From NCBI GenBank assembly GCA_965248695.1, contig CBDFKD010000002.1, positions 3,040,001 to 3,104,000 on the forward strand: a stretch of 64,000 nt of DNA. The letters run 5' to 3'. A program made the position numbers and the translations under genes. This DNA is from Acidobacteriota bacterium. GTDB taxonomy: Bacteria > Acidobacteriota > UBA890 > WLXD01. The notes below the pieces were generated by a model, which searched no databases, had not been told where the DNA came from, and saw only the letters and a program-made list of their open reading frames with translations. Positions 19,520 to 30,060 of the stretch are shown piece after piece. Every line of letters starts with the position of its first letter. The first letter of the stretch is position 1.

Positions 19520-20827
19520 CTACCGCGTCTCGCGATCGTCCCGGTAGACCTCGCCGCCCTTCATGACGAACATCACGCGCTCCATGACGGTGATGTTGTC
19601 GAGCGGGTTGCCGGAAACGGCAATCACGTCGGCGAGCTTGCCTGCCTCGAGGCTACCGACGCGATCGTCCCAGCCTATGATCATCGCCGAGGCGCTAGTG
19701 GCCGAAGTGATCGAGTCCATCTCGCTCTCGCCGTTCTCGACGCGCTCCTGGAACTCACGGGCATTGAGCCCATGCTCGAAGACACCGGCGTCGGTGCCGA
19801 ACCCGATGGTCAGCCCACGCTCCACGGCGCGCCGGAAGGTGGCGTTGCGGAACCGCATCATCTCGCGCGACCGTTGGATCTGCGCCTCGGGAATCCCCAG
19901 GCTGGCCCCGTCGCGCGGGATGATCACCCCGACGTACAGGGTCGGCACGTAGAAGGTCGAGTCGCTCGCGGCGAGCATCTCGAGGCCTTCCTCATCCATC
20001 ATCGAGCCGTGATCGACGGTCCGCACACCGGCTCGGATGGCGGCGTTGATGCCTTCAGCGCCGTGAGCGTGCGCCGCAACAAAGCCCTCGCGACGGGTCG
20101 TCTCCTCCACCGCTGCGGCGATCTCTTCGTCGGAGTACTGCTGCGCGCCGGGTGAGATGCCGCGCGATAGCACCGCACCCGTGGCAAGGATCTTGGTGAA
20201 GTTGGCGCCGTGCTTGAAGTTGGTTCGAATGACGGCGCGCACCGCATCAGCCCCGTCGGCCAGATTGCGCACTGTGGGCACGTCGACGTAGATGGAGAAC
20301 TGGCGGGCGTCTCCCGCCCCACCGGTCGCCGACACATAGTTGCCGGCTACCTGCATGCGCGGGCCCGGAAGCACCCCGGCGTCGATGACATTTCGCAGAT
20401 CCACATCGGTGTAGGGCCATTCCGGGCCCATGTCGCGAACCGTCGTGAACCCGGCGCGCAGCGTCGCCAACGCGTTGGCCGCCCCGTACAGGGCCGACTC
20501 ACCGGGAGTCGTGGTGAGCAACACCGACTCCCAGTGGACTCCGACCTCGGAGGTCAGGTGCGTGTGTAGATCGATCAGGCCAGGCATCAGGGTGGCATCA
20601 CCCAGATCGATGGTGCGGGTGCCCCCGGGGACAGCGAGCGCCGCGCCAACCGCGGCGATGCTTTCGCCCTCGATGAGGATCTGTCCCGGCTCCACCAGGT
20701 TGCCGACGCCGTCAATCAGCCGGGCTGCCGTCAGGAGGGTCAGCTCGGCCTGCTGGGCGAGACCCGAACCGCCGGAGACAAGAGCGGCGAGAACCGCGAC
20801 GAGGAGGCTACGAGAGCTCGGCATCAT
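19520..20827 (-). CDS. Exported amidohydrolase (Xaa-Pro dipeptidase-like)
   Basis: Signal peptide, MPGLIDLHTH, GFTTVRD, AAHAHG, DHG, FGTDAG, GKLADVIAV. Confidence 0.9.
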   Translation of the reverse strand: MMPSSRSLLVAVLAALVSGGSGLAQQAELTLLTAARLIDGVGNLVEPGQILIEGESIAAVGAALAVPGGTRTIDLGDATLMPGLIDLHTHLTSEVGVHWESVLLTTTPGESALYGAANALATLRAGFTTVRDMGPEWPYTDVDLRNVIDAGVLPGPRMQVAGNYVSATGGAGDARQFSIYVDVPTVRNLADGADAVRAVIRTNFKHGANFTKILATGAVLSRGISPGAQQYSDEEIAAAVEETTRREGFVAAHAHGAEGINAAIRAGVRTVDHGSMMDEEGLEMLAASDSTFYVPTLYVGVIIPRDGASLGIPEAQIQRSREMMRFRNATFRRAVERGLTIGFGTDAGVFEHGLNAREFQERVENGESEMDSITSATSASAMIIGWDDRVGSLEAGKLADVIAVSGNPLDNITVMERVMFVMKGGEVYRDDRETR

Positions 20828-21294
20828 TGTTGATCGCCTTTGAATTCGGTCAGGACGGAGGCACAGGGACTCCCCTGTGGTCTGGATGGGTGCCGCCAGG
20901 CGAATACAAGGCCCAGCAGACCGATCACCGTCATCGTACCCGCGGCCAGAACCGGGGTCGCGCCGCTCATGGACTCGCTGAACAACTCCACCCCCGCCCG
21001 GTCGGGATACATCTCGCGCTCGAACTCGGCGTTGCCCGAGTAGTGGAGCCACTGGCCGACCGCGCCGCTGAGAACGCAGGCCCACATAACCACCCGCAAT
21101 GCCAGCAACACACCGCGGGCGGGCACGAACCACGCTGCGGCGGACACGACGAGCACCGCCACGAGTAGTGCCAGCGGCAGAAGCTGCCACCAGTCTTCTG
21201 TGTGACCGATCAGCAGCAACTCGACGAGAGCCCCGAGACTGCCGAATAACGCGACCGCCAGCACGCCGCGCCGGAGTCCGCCGTCCGTAGACAC
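20824..21294 (-). CDS. Conserved 4-TM membrane protein
   Basis: Four hydrophobic segments, ELLLIGHTEDWWQ, LHYSGNAEFERE. Overlaps the amidohydrolase start. Confidence 0.7.
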   Translation of the reverse strand: MSTDGGLRRGVLAVALFGSLGALVELLLIGHTEDWWQLLPLALLVAVLVVSAAAWFVPARGVLLALRVVMWACVLSGAVGQWLHYSGNAEFEREMYPDRAGVELFSESMSGATPVLAAGTMTVIGLLGLVFAWRHPSRPQGSPCASVLTEFKGDQQ

Positions 21295-21307
21295 GACCCC
21301 GGCTGGC

Positions 21308-21942
21308 CTACGAGCCGGCGATGGTCACGTAGCGCTCGAATCGCGCCACCTCGTCATCGTCGACGTATTTTCCGATCTCGCGACGAAACTGTTCGATCCC
21401 CACGTAGGGACGGTACTCCTCGAACTCGTGGATCATGCGTGGCCCATGCCGGGGATCGTTCCGAGGTCCTCCGACGAGGCGGCGTTCAGGTCGAGCGGCA
21501 CGAAGACGTACTGCTCCAGGCGCGCGACCTCGTCATCGTCGACGTACTTGCCGATCTCGCGACGAAACTGTGCCAGCGACGCGTACGGTCGATACTCCTC
21601 GAACTCGTGCGCCATACGGCGGCCGACTCCGGGAATCAGCTGGATCTCGGCGTCGGTCACGTCGTTCAGATTGATCGGTAGCCAGAGGCGGGAGTAGATA
21701 GCCGCGCGCTGCTCGTCGCTTAGCCCGGCACCGATCGCCGCGTCCAATGCCGCCACGTTCGCCCACGGTCGGCCGCCGATGATGGTCGCCGCGCCGGCAG
21801 CACCGACGTGCGGCACGCCGGCCAGATCCTCCTCGGTGCCCAGGTTGGGATTGAGCAGGTCGGGGCTGGTTCCCACCTGTGCTGAAACCGATGTGGCAAC
21901 AAGAACAATTGCCGCGGTGAGCACGATACGGCGGTGACGCAT
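21308..21942 (-). CDS. Exported helix-hairpin-helix (ComEA-like) repeat protein, frameshifted near 21443
   Basis: Three HhH-like units. The ORF stops at GMGHA, but an adjacent frame continues PRMIHEFEEYRPYVGIEQFRREIGKYVDDDEVARFERYVTIAGS*, a near copy of repeat 2. Confidence 0.8.
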
Positions 21943-21969
21943 TGCAGACTCCTCGGGCACTCGAGAACA

Positions 21970-21987
21970 TGAACAATTGCTTGTTCA
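21970..21987. promoter_or_regulatory. Palindrome TGAACAA-N4-TTGTTCA, candidate operator
   Basis: Perfect 7-bp inverted repeat about 28 bp upstream of the HhH gene start. Confidence 0.4.
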
Positions 21988-22010
21988 GGCGGATCGTTGC
22001 TGAAGTATAT

Positions 22011-22037
22011 CGATATTGAGACGCAGTCTCAATATCG
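22011..22037. promoter_or_regulatory. Perfect 12-bp inverted repeat CGATATTGAGAC-GCA-GTCTCAATATCG, Fur-family-like operator or terminator
   Basis: AT-rich dyad whose core TGAGACGCAGTCTCA resembles the 7-1-7 Fur box TGAGAATnATTCTCA. Lies directly after the iorB-like stop and upstream of the HhH operon. Confidence 0.6.
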
Positions 22038-24236
22038 TCACCCCGCCAGTGCTTCGCGCACCCGTTGCCGATTGAACGGCATGTGTCGAAGCCGCCGCCC
22101 GGTCATCGCGCCGAACGCGTTGGCGATCGCCGGAGCCACCCCGAGCACGGCCCGATCGCCGATCCCTACCGGGGAACGATCGGTGCCAAGCAGCTCGGCG
22201 TGCACCTCCGGCGCATCGGCCATCCGCATCACCGTGTAGTCGTGAAAGTTGGACTGCTCTACCTGACCGCCCTTCATGGTGATGCGCTCGTACAGAGCGT
22301 TGCTGGCACCGTAGATGACAGCGCCTTCGATCTGACCGATAACGTTTCTGGGCTGCACCGCGATCCCGAGATCAACCGCCATCCAGACGTTGGGTACGCG
22401 GATCGCGCCGCTGGTCTCGTCGACCGTGACCTCGGCAATCGTCGCCATGATCGTTCCGAACGATGGCGTATAGGCCACGCCGAGCGCGCGCCCAGCGGCA
22501 GCTCCCCAGTCCGCCATGTCGGCAGCCGCCCGCAATACCCGGCGTGCCCGCTCTGAGCTCAGGTACTGCAGACGGAATTCCAGCGGATTCGCCCCCTCGG
22601 CGACAGCCACCTCGTCGAGGAAGCACTCGGAGGCGAACGCCTGCTGCGCCGACGCGACGCCGCGCATCCAGGACACCCGCACTGGGATCGAGCGGCGGAT
22701 GCGCTGCGTACGACCGCCGAAGTCGTAGGCGAACTCCGCGCCCATGCCCCAGGTCACCGCTGCGTGCTGCTCGGGCGAACCGTCGCGCACGGCGGCCGCC
22801 AGCCGCGGGTCCGCCCGGCTCGCCACGTCCTCCCCTACGGCACGGTGCCTCCAGTCGACGATCCCGCCCTGATCGTCGACGCCACAGTGCAGGCAGTGGG
22901 CGCTGACGGGCTTGAAGCGGCCGAACTGAACGTCGTGCTCGCGAGTCCAGATCGCCTTCACCGGTCGGCCGACGGCGCGCGACAACAGCACCGCATCGAG
23001 GGCCCAGTCGTGGTCCATATCGCTGCGCCGACCGAACCCGCCACCGAGGAACATGCGATGCAGCGTTACGTCAGCCGTCGGAATTCCGAGGCTCTCGGCG
23101 GCGACGTGAACTAGGTGCGTCGGGGCTTGCGTACCGGCCCATATCTCAACGCGCCGAGCCTCTGAGTCGAACAGCGCAACGGCGTTGAGGGGTTCCATCT
23201 GCGCCTGATATATGAAGTCGGTACGGTACTCCTGCTCGTGGATGCTCGCGCCCGCGGTGCCCTCCTGGGGTGGCTGATCGCGGGCGATTTCCATGTGCGC
23301 CTCGAGCTCGGCGGCCGAATCGAGCCTATCGCCGTCGGCGGCGCTCCAATCGATCTGCAGCAGCTCACCGGCAGCAATGGCGCCCTCGTACGTCTCGCTC
23401 ACCACGCCGATCCCGTCCGGCAGCGCCACCACGTCGAGCACCCCCGGAACGGCGAGGGCGGGCGCATCGTCGACCCGCACCACCGTGGCTCCTGGTACCG
23501 GCGAGCGGGTCACCGTCGCGTAGACCATGCCCGGGAGGCTGACGTCGATGCTGTAATGCGCCTCCCCGGTAACCTTGGACGGAATGTCGCGGCGCGGCTG
23601 GTCGTGGCCGATGAGCCGGAAGCTGGCCGGATCCTTGAGGTCGGCATCGGAGATCTCCGGCATGGTCGCGGGCAGCTGGGCTGCAGCGGCAACCTCCCCA
23701 TAGCTAATGCGACGACCGCTACGTGCGTGGATCACCACGCTGGGCTCGGTGCCAAGCTCCTCGATCGGCACAGCCCAGGCAGCCGCAACGTGGTCCAGCA
23801 GCACACGCCGCGCCTGGGCGCCCTGGCGCCGCAGTAGATCGTAATAGCCGGCGACCGCCGCGCTGGACTCGGTCATCAGCAACCCGTAGTACCCCGGATT
23901 GCCGTAGGGCTCGTCGAGCGACGGGCTGAGCTCGATGCGGACATCGTTCCAGTCGGCATCGAGCTCCTCGGCGAAGATGATCGGCAGGGCGGTCATCGAT
24001 CCCTGCCCCATCTCGTCGGCAGGGGCGAGGATGGTGACGGTCCCGTCCGCTGCGATGTTTGCCCAGACGTTGGGGACGAGTGGCTCCGTCACCGCAGCGG
24101 CCGCGGCGGTCGCCCGGAACGGGTTGCCCGGCACCGTCACGACAAGCCCGAACGTCAGCCCGGCAGCACTCCGCAAGACGCTCCGCCGGTTCAGCAGCGA
24201 GTTCGCCTCGAGACCTCGGGTTTCCTGGTCCGCCAT
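22038..24236 (-). CDS. Isoquinoline 1-oxidoreductase beta-like molybdopterin subunit (XDH family), Tat-exported
   Basis: NRRSVL Tat motif, EMGQG, AEELDADW, QMEPLNA, LGGGFGRR, WTREHD, QSNFHDY. Confidence 0.88.
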   Translation of the reverse strand: MADQETRGLEANSLLNRRSVLRSAAGLTFGLVVTVPGNPFRATAAAAAVTEPLVPNVWANIAADGTVTILAPADEMGQGSMTALPIIFAEELDADWNDVRIELSPSLDEPYGNPGYYGLLMTESSAAVAGYYDLLRRQGAQARRVLLDHVAAAWAVPIEELGTEPSVVIHARSGRRISYGEVAAAAQLPATMPEISDADLKDPASFRLIGHDQPRRDIPSKVTGEAHYSIDVSLPGMVYATVTRSPVPGATVVRVDDAPALAVPGVLDVVALPDGIGVVSETYEGAIAAGELLQIDWSAADGDRLDSAAELEAHMEIARDQPPQEGTAGASIHEQEYRTDFIYQAQMEPLNAVALFDSEARRVEIWAGTQAPTHLVHVAAESLGIPTADVTLHRMFLGGGFGRRSDMDHDWALDAVLLSRAVGRPVKAIWTREHDVQFGRFKPVSAHCLHCGVDDQGGIVDWRHRAVGEDVASRADPRLAAAVRDGSPEQHAAVTWGMGAEFAYDFGGRTQRIRRSIPVRVSWMRGVASAQQAFASECFLDEVAVAEGANPLEFRLQYLSSERARRVLRAAADMADWGAAAGRALGVAYTPSFGTIMATIAEVTVDETSGAIRVPNVWMAVDLGIAVQPRNVIGQIEGAVIYGASNALYERITMKGGQVEQSNFHDYTVMRMADAPEVHAELLGTDRSPVGIGDRAVLGVAPAIANAFGAMTGRRLRHMPFNRQRVREALAG

Positions 24237-24688
24237 CAGGCCGAGTCCGACGCGACGCGCTGGATGGCGCGAATGACGCGCGGGTAGGTTCCGCAGCGGC
24301 AGATGTTCTGCATGTGGGCGACGATCTCGCCGCGGCTGGGCTGCGGGTTGCGCGCCAGCAGATCAGCGGCGCTCATGATCATCCCCGGCTGACAGTAGCC
24401 ACACTGGGGCACCTGCTCGTCAACCCAGGCATCGAGCAGCGCGTGACGCATCGCTGCCAGACCCTCGATGGTCGTGATCTCGTGGCCGGCAGCAGCGCTG
24501 ATCGGCGTCTGACAGCTCAGCGCGCGCCCGCCGTCAATGTGAACCGTGCACGCACGGCAGACTCCCAATCCGCAGCCGAACTTCGTGCCCGTAAGCCCGA
24601 TGTGATCGCGCAACACCCAGAGGAGCGGCGCGTCAGGCTCGGCTTCGACGGCCTGGGAGCTGCCGTTGACGGTGATGGTGAACCGCAT
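24236..24688 (-). CDS. Isoquinoline 1-oxidoreductase alpha-like [2Fe-2S] subunit
   Basis: [43 protein letters not shown]. Confidence 0.92.
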   Translation of the reverse strand: MRFTITVNGSSQAVEAEPDAPLLWVLRDHIGLTGTKFGCGLGVCRACTVHIDGGRALSCQTPISAAAGHEITTIEGLAAMRHALLDAWVDEQVPQCGYCQPGMIMSAADLLARNPQPSRGEIVAHMQNICRCGTYPRVIRAIQRVASDSA

Positions 24689-24712
24689 CTGCCCTGTACC
24701 TCTGAATTGCGC

Positions 24713-25861
24713 CTATTCGTTGCGTAACGCCACCACCGGATCAACCCGCGTGGCGCGACGGGCGGGCAACAAGGAGGCGACGAAGCCGACGGTCATGATC
24801 AGCAGCGTTACTGCCACGTAGGTAGGCGCATCGGTCGGCGCTAGACCGAACAGCATCCCGGTCAGGAACCGAGACAGGATCAACGCCACACCGATCCCGA
24901 GTACCGCGCCACCCACCACCAGCGCCATCGCCTGTCGGATGACCATCCAGGCGGTCGTCTGGGCATCGGCTCCGATCGCCGTCCGCACACCGATCTCACC
25001 GCTCCGTTGCGCAACGCTGTGATTGACCACTCCATAGACGCCCACTGCTGCCAACACTGCAGCGCAGAGCGCCAGGCCGACCAAGAGGGCGGTGTTGAAC
25101 CGCGGCAGCGCCACCGATTCCCACAGCAGATCACTGATCCGCGCCACCTCGGTCGGAACCAGCTCGGGATCGATGGCAAGGATGGCGTCGCCCACCGCGC
25201 GCGTCACCGCCGCCAGCTCCAGATCCGAGCGCACCGCCAGGTGCATGTCGCTGAGCGCGAGCTGGCTGTACGGAACGTAGAGCTCGGGACCGACCTCCGA
25301 TTGCAACCCGCCATGTCGGGTGCTGCCAACCACACCGACGATCTCGAGCTCGCCCGCCATCGGCATCTGCAGTGTCTTCCCGATCGGCTCGCCTTCCGGG
25401 AAGTAACGCTCCAGGAGGGCGTCGTTGATAATCGTCACCTCACGGCCCTCCTCGCCATCCAGACGGTCGAAGAGGCGACCGTTGACAAGCGGGATGCCCA
25501 TCGCCGAGACGTAGTCCGGAATCACGCCCCGAAAGTCGGCCCGCGGGCGTTCGGTCGGCGACGCAGCGTCGAGGCCGAGAATCGTAAACGGCATTTCGAA
25601 TGCGTTGCCGACCTCGCTCATTGGCAGGTCAGACACGGCGCCGGCTTCGATGACGCCGGGCAACTCGCGCACGCGATCCGTCAGCTCGGCGAAGAAACCG
25701 CGGCGATCCATCGAATCCGGGTAACGCGACGGTGGCAACTGCACCGCGAAGGCGACGACTCCATCACGCCGGAATCCGGGATCCGTGTCGCCGAGCCGAT
25801 TGAAGCTGCGAACCATCAGACCGGCACCGACCAGCAGCGCCAGCGCCAACGAAACCTCGGC
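24713..25861 (-). pseudogene. C-terminal half of an ADOP/MacB-FtsX-type ABC permease (5' half missing)
   Basis: Begins abruptly at AEVSLALALLVGAGLMVRSF...DPGF, then GVYGVV..SVAQRSGEIGVRTAIGA and PARRATRVDPVVALRNE. No N-terminal half or plausible start. Confidence 0.82.
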
Positions 25862-25975
25862 GTGGTGCGCGCCGAGGACTGGCCTGTTCTGCCGACCACA
25901 CGGAGTGGCTTCGAGCTGCGCCCCTTCGATTTCTTCTCCCGTAATCCGGCCCTCGACATTCCTGCACAGGAGTGA
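25862..25975 (+). pseudogene. C-terminal remnant of a copper amine oxidase
   Basis: VVRAEDWPVLPTTRSGFELRPFDFFSRNPALDIPAQE* matches the copper amine oxidase C-terminal pattern (R.EDWPVMP...F.L.P..FF..NP.LD). Confidence 0.75.
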
Positions 25976-26001
25976 GGCGGTCCGAGATCGAGGCATGAGC
26001 G

Positions 26002-26920
26002 ATGCGTGACCAACGCGAGCAACGAACAAGTCCTGAGACAAGGAGACGACCGTATGCGCCGATCGCGTTCGCGGTTCTATTGTTCGTTCTGACGGCCAGT
26101 GTCGCGCACTCGCACGATATCTGGCTCCACGCCGACCGGTTCCGGCTCGACGTTGGAGACACATTGATCATCCGGCAGCTGCTCGGCGCCGAACTCGAGA
26201 CCGATCTGTCGCAACCCGAGGCGACGCAGGAGCTGCCGCTCATGCGAAGCATGACGTCACGGCTGTCGATGCTTGACTGACAAGGGCTCGATGGATCTGC
26301 TCGCAGAGCTGCCGGATATGAGAACCCGACCGTCGATTACGCCGGTGGTCGAACGGACAGTCGATTTCGAGGGCCTGGCTCTGGTGACCATGGAGCACTA
26401 TCCGCTGTACACCGAGTTCACCAACGACGAGTTTCGCGAGTATCTGGACCACGAGGGACTCGACATCCGGGACTTCCGCGAAGGCATGGGCTCGAGGTCA
26501 GAGCAGGCTGAGGCATACGTACGAACGCTCAAGTGTCTCGTGCAGGTCGGAGAAGACGACCCCGACGCGAACCCGAGCGAGCTACACCGGCGGGTCCTGG
26601 GTCAGAGAATCGAGATCGTGCTGTTGCAGAACCCGTACCGGCTGAACCCCGGCGACGAGCTCGACGTGCAGGTGTTGGCCAACGGTGAGCCGGTTCAAGG
26701 CCAGCTCGTAAACGCCTACAACGGCAGCTCGCACGCGCCGGTCTCGAAGCAGCAGGCACACACCGATGCCGGGGGTGTCGCGCGCTTCGTACTCGACGGT
26801 TCAGGGCTCTGGCTGATTCGCCTCGTCAACCTGACGCCGTGCTCGGGCCGCACGGACGGAGAGTGTGAAGACGCCGACTGGGACAGCGCCTGGGCCGCCT
26901 ACAGCTTCGAGTTGGACTAG
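26002..26920 (+). CDS. DUF4198-like exported protein, frameshifted near 26273
   Basis: Signal peptide then HDIWL. Second frame has EFREYLDHEGL, EAYVRTLK, LGQRIEIVLLQNPY, TDAGG, GLWLIR, DWDSAWA. One extra T (ATGCTTGACTGA) splits the gene. Confidence 0.75.
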
Positions 26921-26946
26921 TCAGACGGCGCAGTACGCCGATGCTC

Positions 26947-27300
26947 TCAGAAAGGGTCGGTGCAGGCCGGCGTCACGTTGACCGCGCTCAGCGCAGAAGG
27001 AACGTCGCTCGGTGCGCCGGTAGCGTCGCAGAATCCATCGCCGTTGGCGTCGGTGGCATCGCACTCCCCGCCCGGGAGGAAGATGTACTGAGTGATGACG
27101 CTGTCATCAGCAACATCGTTGAACGCGCAGGCGGTCAGACGGCATGCACCTTTGCCCATCAGCTTTTGCAGCATCTTCCCGTCAACGTTCTTGACCTTGC
27201 CGCTCTTCTTGCAAACCTGGGCATAGCCCAAGGGCACATGCGCCTTGCCTACAAGCGTACCCGGGATCAACAGCAAAAGTGCCCCTACAAAAGACAACAT
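26947..27300 (-). CDS. Small exported cysteine-rich orphan protein
   Basis: Signal-like MLSFVGALLLLIPG, six Cys, DANGDG Ca-binding-like loop. Confidence 0.55.
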   Translation of the reverse strand: MLSFVGALLLLIPGTLVGKAHVPLGYAQVCKKSGKVKNVDGKMLQKLMGKGACRLTACAFNDVADDSVITQYIFLPGGECDATDANGDGFCDATGAPSDVPSALSAVNVTPACTDPF

Positions 27301-27562
27301 CAACGATCGTCGCGTGTGCTCTCCACTCCCGAATGAGGTGAGGTGGCCGAACGCAAGGCCCGAGCCCTGGAATACGCAGCGCGTACCGTAGCACGCTTTT
27401 GTCGGCATTTGAAAATGTCAACGGTTAGCGGCGGTACACTCAGGCGCAAGAAGCCGATGAGTATGGAATAGTGGTCCCACGATCCACCGAAGAGTCATCG
27501 ATCTGAGCCGGGCGGCGACGGCCCGCCTGTTGACACTCCATACAGCCCAGGAGCGGAGCCAG

Positions 27563-30019
27563 ATGAAAGCGCGCGCCGCGATACTCGCGGCTATGGGCCT
27601 GTTCCTCGCCGACGCCGGCGCTGCAACCGGAACCAGAGAGCTCGGAACGGCACGGATTGGAGACCCCGCCAGTGCCGCATTCGGGCGCACTGTAGAAGGC
27701 TCGCGGCCGTCCGCTGAAGACGAGCTGATCCAGCGATACTGTCTGCGCTGTCACAATGACCAGCTGCTGCGCGGCAACATGTCGCTAGAACGCTTCGATG
27801 CAGCGTCGCCGGAGGGCAGCGCCGAGCTGGCCGAGAAGATGATCGTCAAGCTGCGTGCAGGGATGATGCCGCCCCCGAACGCGTGGCGCCCGCCCAACGA
27901 GGCCGTCTTCGCGCTGGTGGAGTTGCTCGAGTCACGCTTGGACGCGGCCGATGCCGCGGCCCCGAACCCTGGCAGCCGATCGTTTCAACGCCTCAACCAG
28001 GCGGAGTACTCGCAGTCCGTGCGCCATCTGCTCGGGCTGGAGATCGACGCCGCCGACTATCTGCCGCTGGATACCAAGAGCGCCAACTTCGACAACATTG
28101 CCGATGTCCAGATGCTGTCGCCGATGCTGCTCGACGCCTACATGAACGCCGCCGCCGAGATCAGTCGACTGGCGGTGGGCGATGCCCGCACGACACCGAC
28201 GTCGGCGACCTACACCAACCCCGGCTACACCTCGCAATGGGACCGTGTCGAGGGCGCGCCGTTCGGCACCCGCGGCGGGATCAGCGTCAGCCACATCTTC
28301 CCGGCCGACGGTGACTACGAGTTCCGCCTGGCCTTCGAGCACACCACGACCGGGGGCTACTTCGGCGGCGTGACCAAGGGGGAGCAGATCGAGGTTTCGA
28401 TCGACGGTGCCCGCGCCGCGCTCCTCGATGTCGACCGCTGGATGAGCGTCGCGGATCCCAATGGCGTCAACATGCGCACCGAGCCGATCTTCGTGCGTGC
28501 CGGACCCCGCCGGGTAACTGCGGCGTTCATCAAGCAGAGCGAGGGGCCGCTGGAGGACCTGCTGTCACCGCACGACTGGTCGCTGACCGACCGCCAGATC
28601 GGGGTGAGCGGCTACGGCGTCACCTCGCTGGCGCACCTGAAGGACCTCGTGGTGGCCGGGCCGTTCCGAGCCACCGGGGTGTCCGACAACCCCGTGCGCC
28701 GGCAGCTCTTCAGCTGCCGGCCGACGGTGCGTGAGGAACAACGCCCCTGCGCCAGCGAGATCGTTTCCCGTCTCGCCTCCCGGGCGTTCCGCAGATCGCT
28801 GACCGACGGCGACCTCGACGCGCTGATGGGGTTCTACGAGGCAGGCGCCGATCTCGGCGGCTTCGAACAGGGCATCCGTCATGCGCTGGAGGCGATCCTC
28901 GCCAGTCCGGACTTCATCTTCCGCTTCGAGGAGGCACCGGCGAGCGTCACGCCCGGCGCGGTGTATCGCCTCAGTGACGAGGATCTCGCCGCCAGGCTTT
29001 CGTTCTTCCTGTGGGGCTCACCACCCGACGACGAACTGTCGGAGCTGGCGGCCGACGACGGGCTGTCGGTTCCCGAGACGCTCGAGGCACAGGTGCGTCG
29101 GATGCTGGCCGACCGCCGCGCCGAGGCGCTCGGCACGCGCTTCGCGGCGCAGTGGCTGCGCCTCGACGACCTCGATGCGGTGCACCCGGATCGGCTGCTC
29201 TACCCCGACTTTCACCAGCAACTGGCCGATGCGATGCGGCGCGAGACGGAGCTGTTCTTCAGCGGCCTGGTGGAGAACGATCGCAGCGTTCTCGATCTGT
29301 ACCGTGCCGACTACTCGTACCTGAACGGGCGTCTGGCGCGGCACTACGGCATACCGGGGGTCATCGGCGAACACTTCCGCCAGGTCGCCTATCCCGACGA
29401 CACGCGGCGCGGCCTGCTCGGTCACGGCAGCATCTTGACGCTGACCTCGCACGCTGGCCGCACCTCGCCGGTGCTGCGCGGCAAGTGGGTCATGGAAGTG
29501 CTGCTCGGCACGCCGCCTCCTCCTCCCCCGCCCGGCATCCCGGACTTCGACGAGACCGCAAGCGTGGCCAACGGGCGCGTTCTGACCACGCGCGAGCGCA
29601 TGGAAGAGCATCGCTCGAACCCGTCGTGTAGCTCCTGCCATCGATTCATCGACCCCATCGGGCTGGCGCTGGACAACTACGACGTCACCGGCCGCTGGCG
29701 GATTCGCGAGCACGGCGTCCCGCTGGATACCCACGGCGAGATGTATGACGGAACACCGGTCGACAGCCCGGCCTCGCTGCAGGACGCTTTGCTGATGCGC
29801 CCGGTGCCCTTAGTGCGGAATTTCACCACGAATTTGATGGCCTACGCCCTCGGGCGGCGCCTGGAGTATTACGATCAACCAACAGTGCGACGGATCGCTC
29901 GCGGTGCGGAGCTCCAGGGCTATCGCATTTCGGCGTTCATCCTGGGGGTCGTTCAGAGCGACGCCTTCCAGATGCAGCGCGCCGGCGCCGTTGCCGACGA
30001 CACGTCATCACATGAGTAG
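27563..30019 (+). CDS. DUF1592/DUF1588/DUF1587/DUF1595/DUF1585 multidomain cytochrome c protein
   Basis: CLRCH, KLRAGMMPP, RLNQAEY, LAARLSFFLWGSPPD, FAAQWL, RTSPVLRGKWV, PPPPPP, CSSCH...DPIGLALDNYD, YALGR. Confidence 0.9.
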   Translation: MKARAAILAAMGLFLADAGAATGTRELGTARIGDPASAAFGRTVEGSRPSAEDELIQRYCLRCHNDQLLRGNMSLERFDAASPEGSAELAEKMIVKLRAGMMPPPNAWRPPNEAVFALVELLESRLDAADAAAPNPGSRSFQRLNQAEYSQSVRHLLGLEIDAADYLPLDTKSANFDNIADVQMLSPMLLDAYMNAAAEISRLAVGDARTTPTSATYTNPGYTSQWDRVEGAPFGTRGGISVSHIFPADGDYEFRLAFEHTTTGGYFGGVTKGEQIEVSIDGARAALLDVDRWMSVADPNGVNMRTEPIFVRAGPRRVTAAFIKQSEGPLEDLLSPHDWSLTDRQIGVSGYGVTSLAHLKDLVVAGPFRATGVSDNPVRRQLFSCRPTVREEQRPCASEIVSRLASRAFRRSLTDGDLDALMGFYEAGADLGGFEQGIRHALEAILASPDFIFRFEEAPASVTPGAVYRLSDEDLAARLSFFLWGSPPDDELSELAADDGLSVPETLEAQVRRMLADRRAEALGTRFAAQWLRLDDLDAVHPDRLLYPDFHQQLADAMRRETELFFSGLVENDRSVLDLYRADYSYLNGRLARHYGIPGVIGEHFRQVAYPDDTRRGLLGHGSILTLTSHAGRTSPVLRGKWVMEVLLGTPPPPPPPGIPDFDETASVANGRVLTTRERMEEHRSNPSCSSCHRFIDPIGLALDNYDVTGRWRIREHGVPLDTHGEMYDGTPVDSPASLQDALLMRPVPLVRNFTTNLMAYALGRRLEYYDQPTVRRIARGAELQGYRISAFILGVVQSDAFQMQRAGAVADDTSSHE

Positions 30020-30060
30020 GCTACCGAGACCATGAGGTTGTTGCCCCGGCGGAGTCGAGG

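Noticed and set aside
21308-21942. Competence gene comEA
   Set aside because: HhH-like fold only, acidic repeats and no competence context, so no symbol was assigned.
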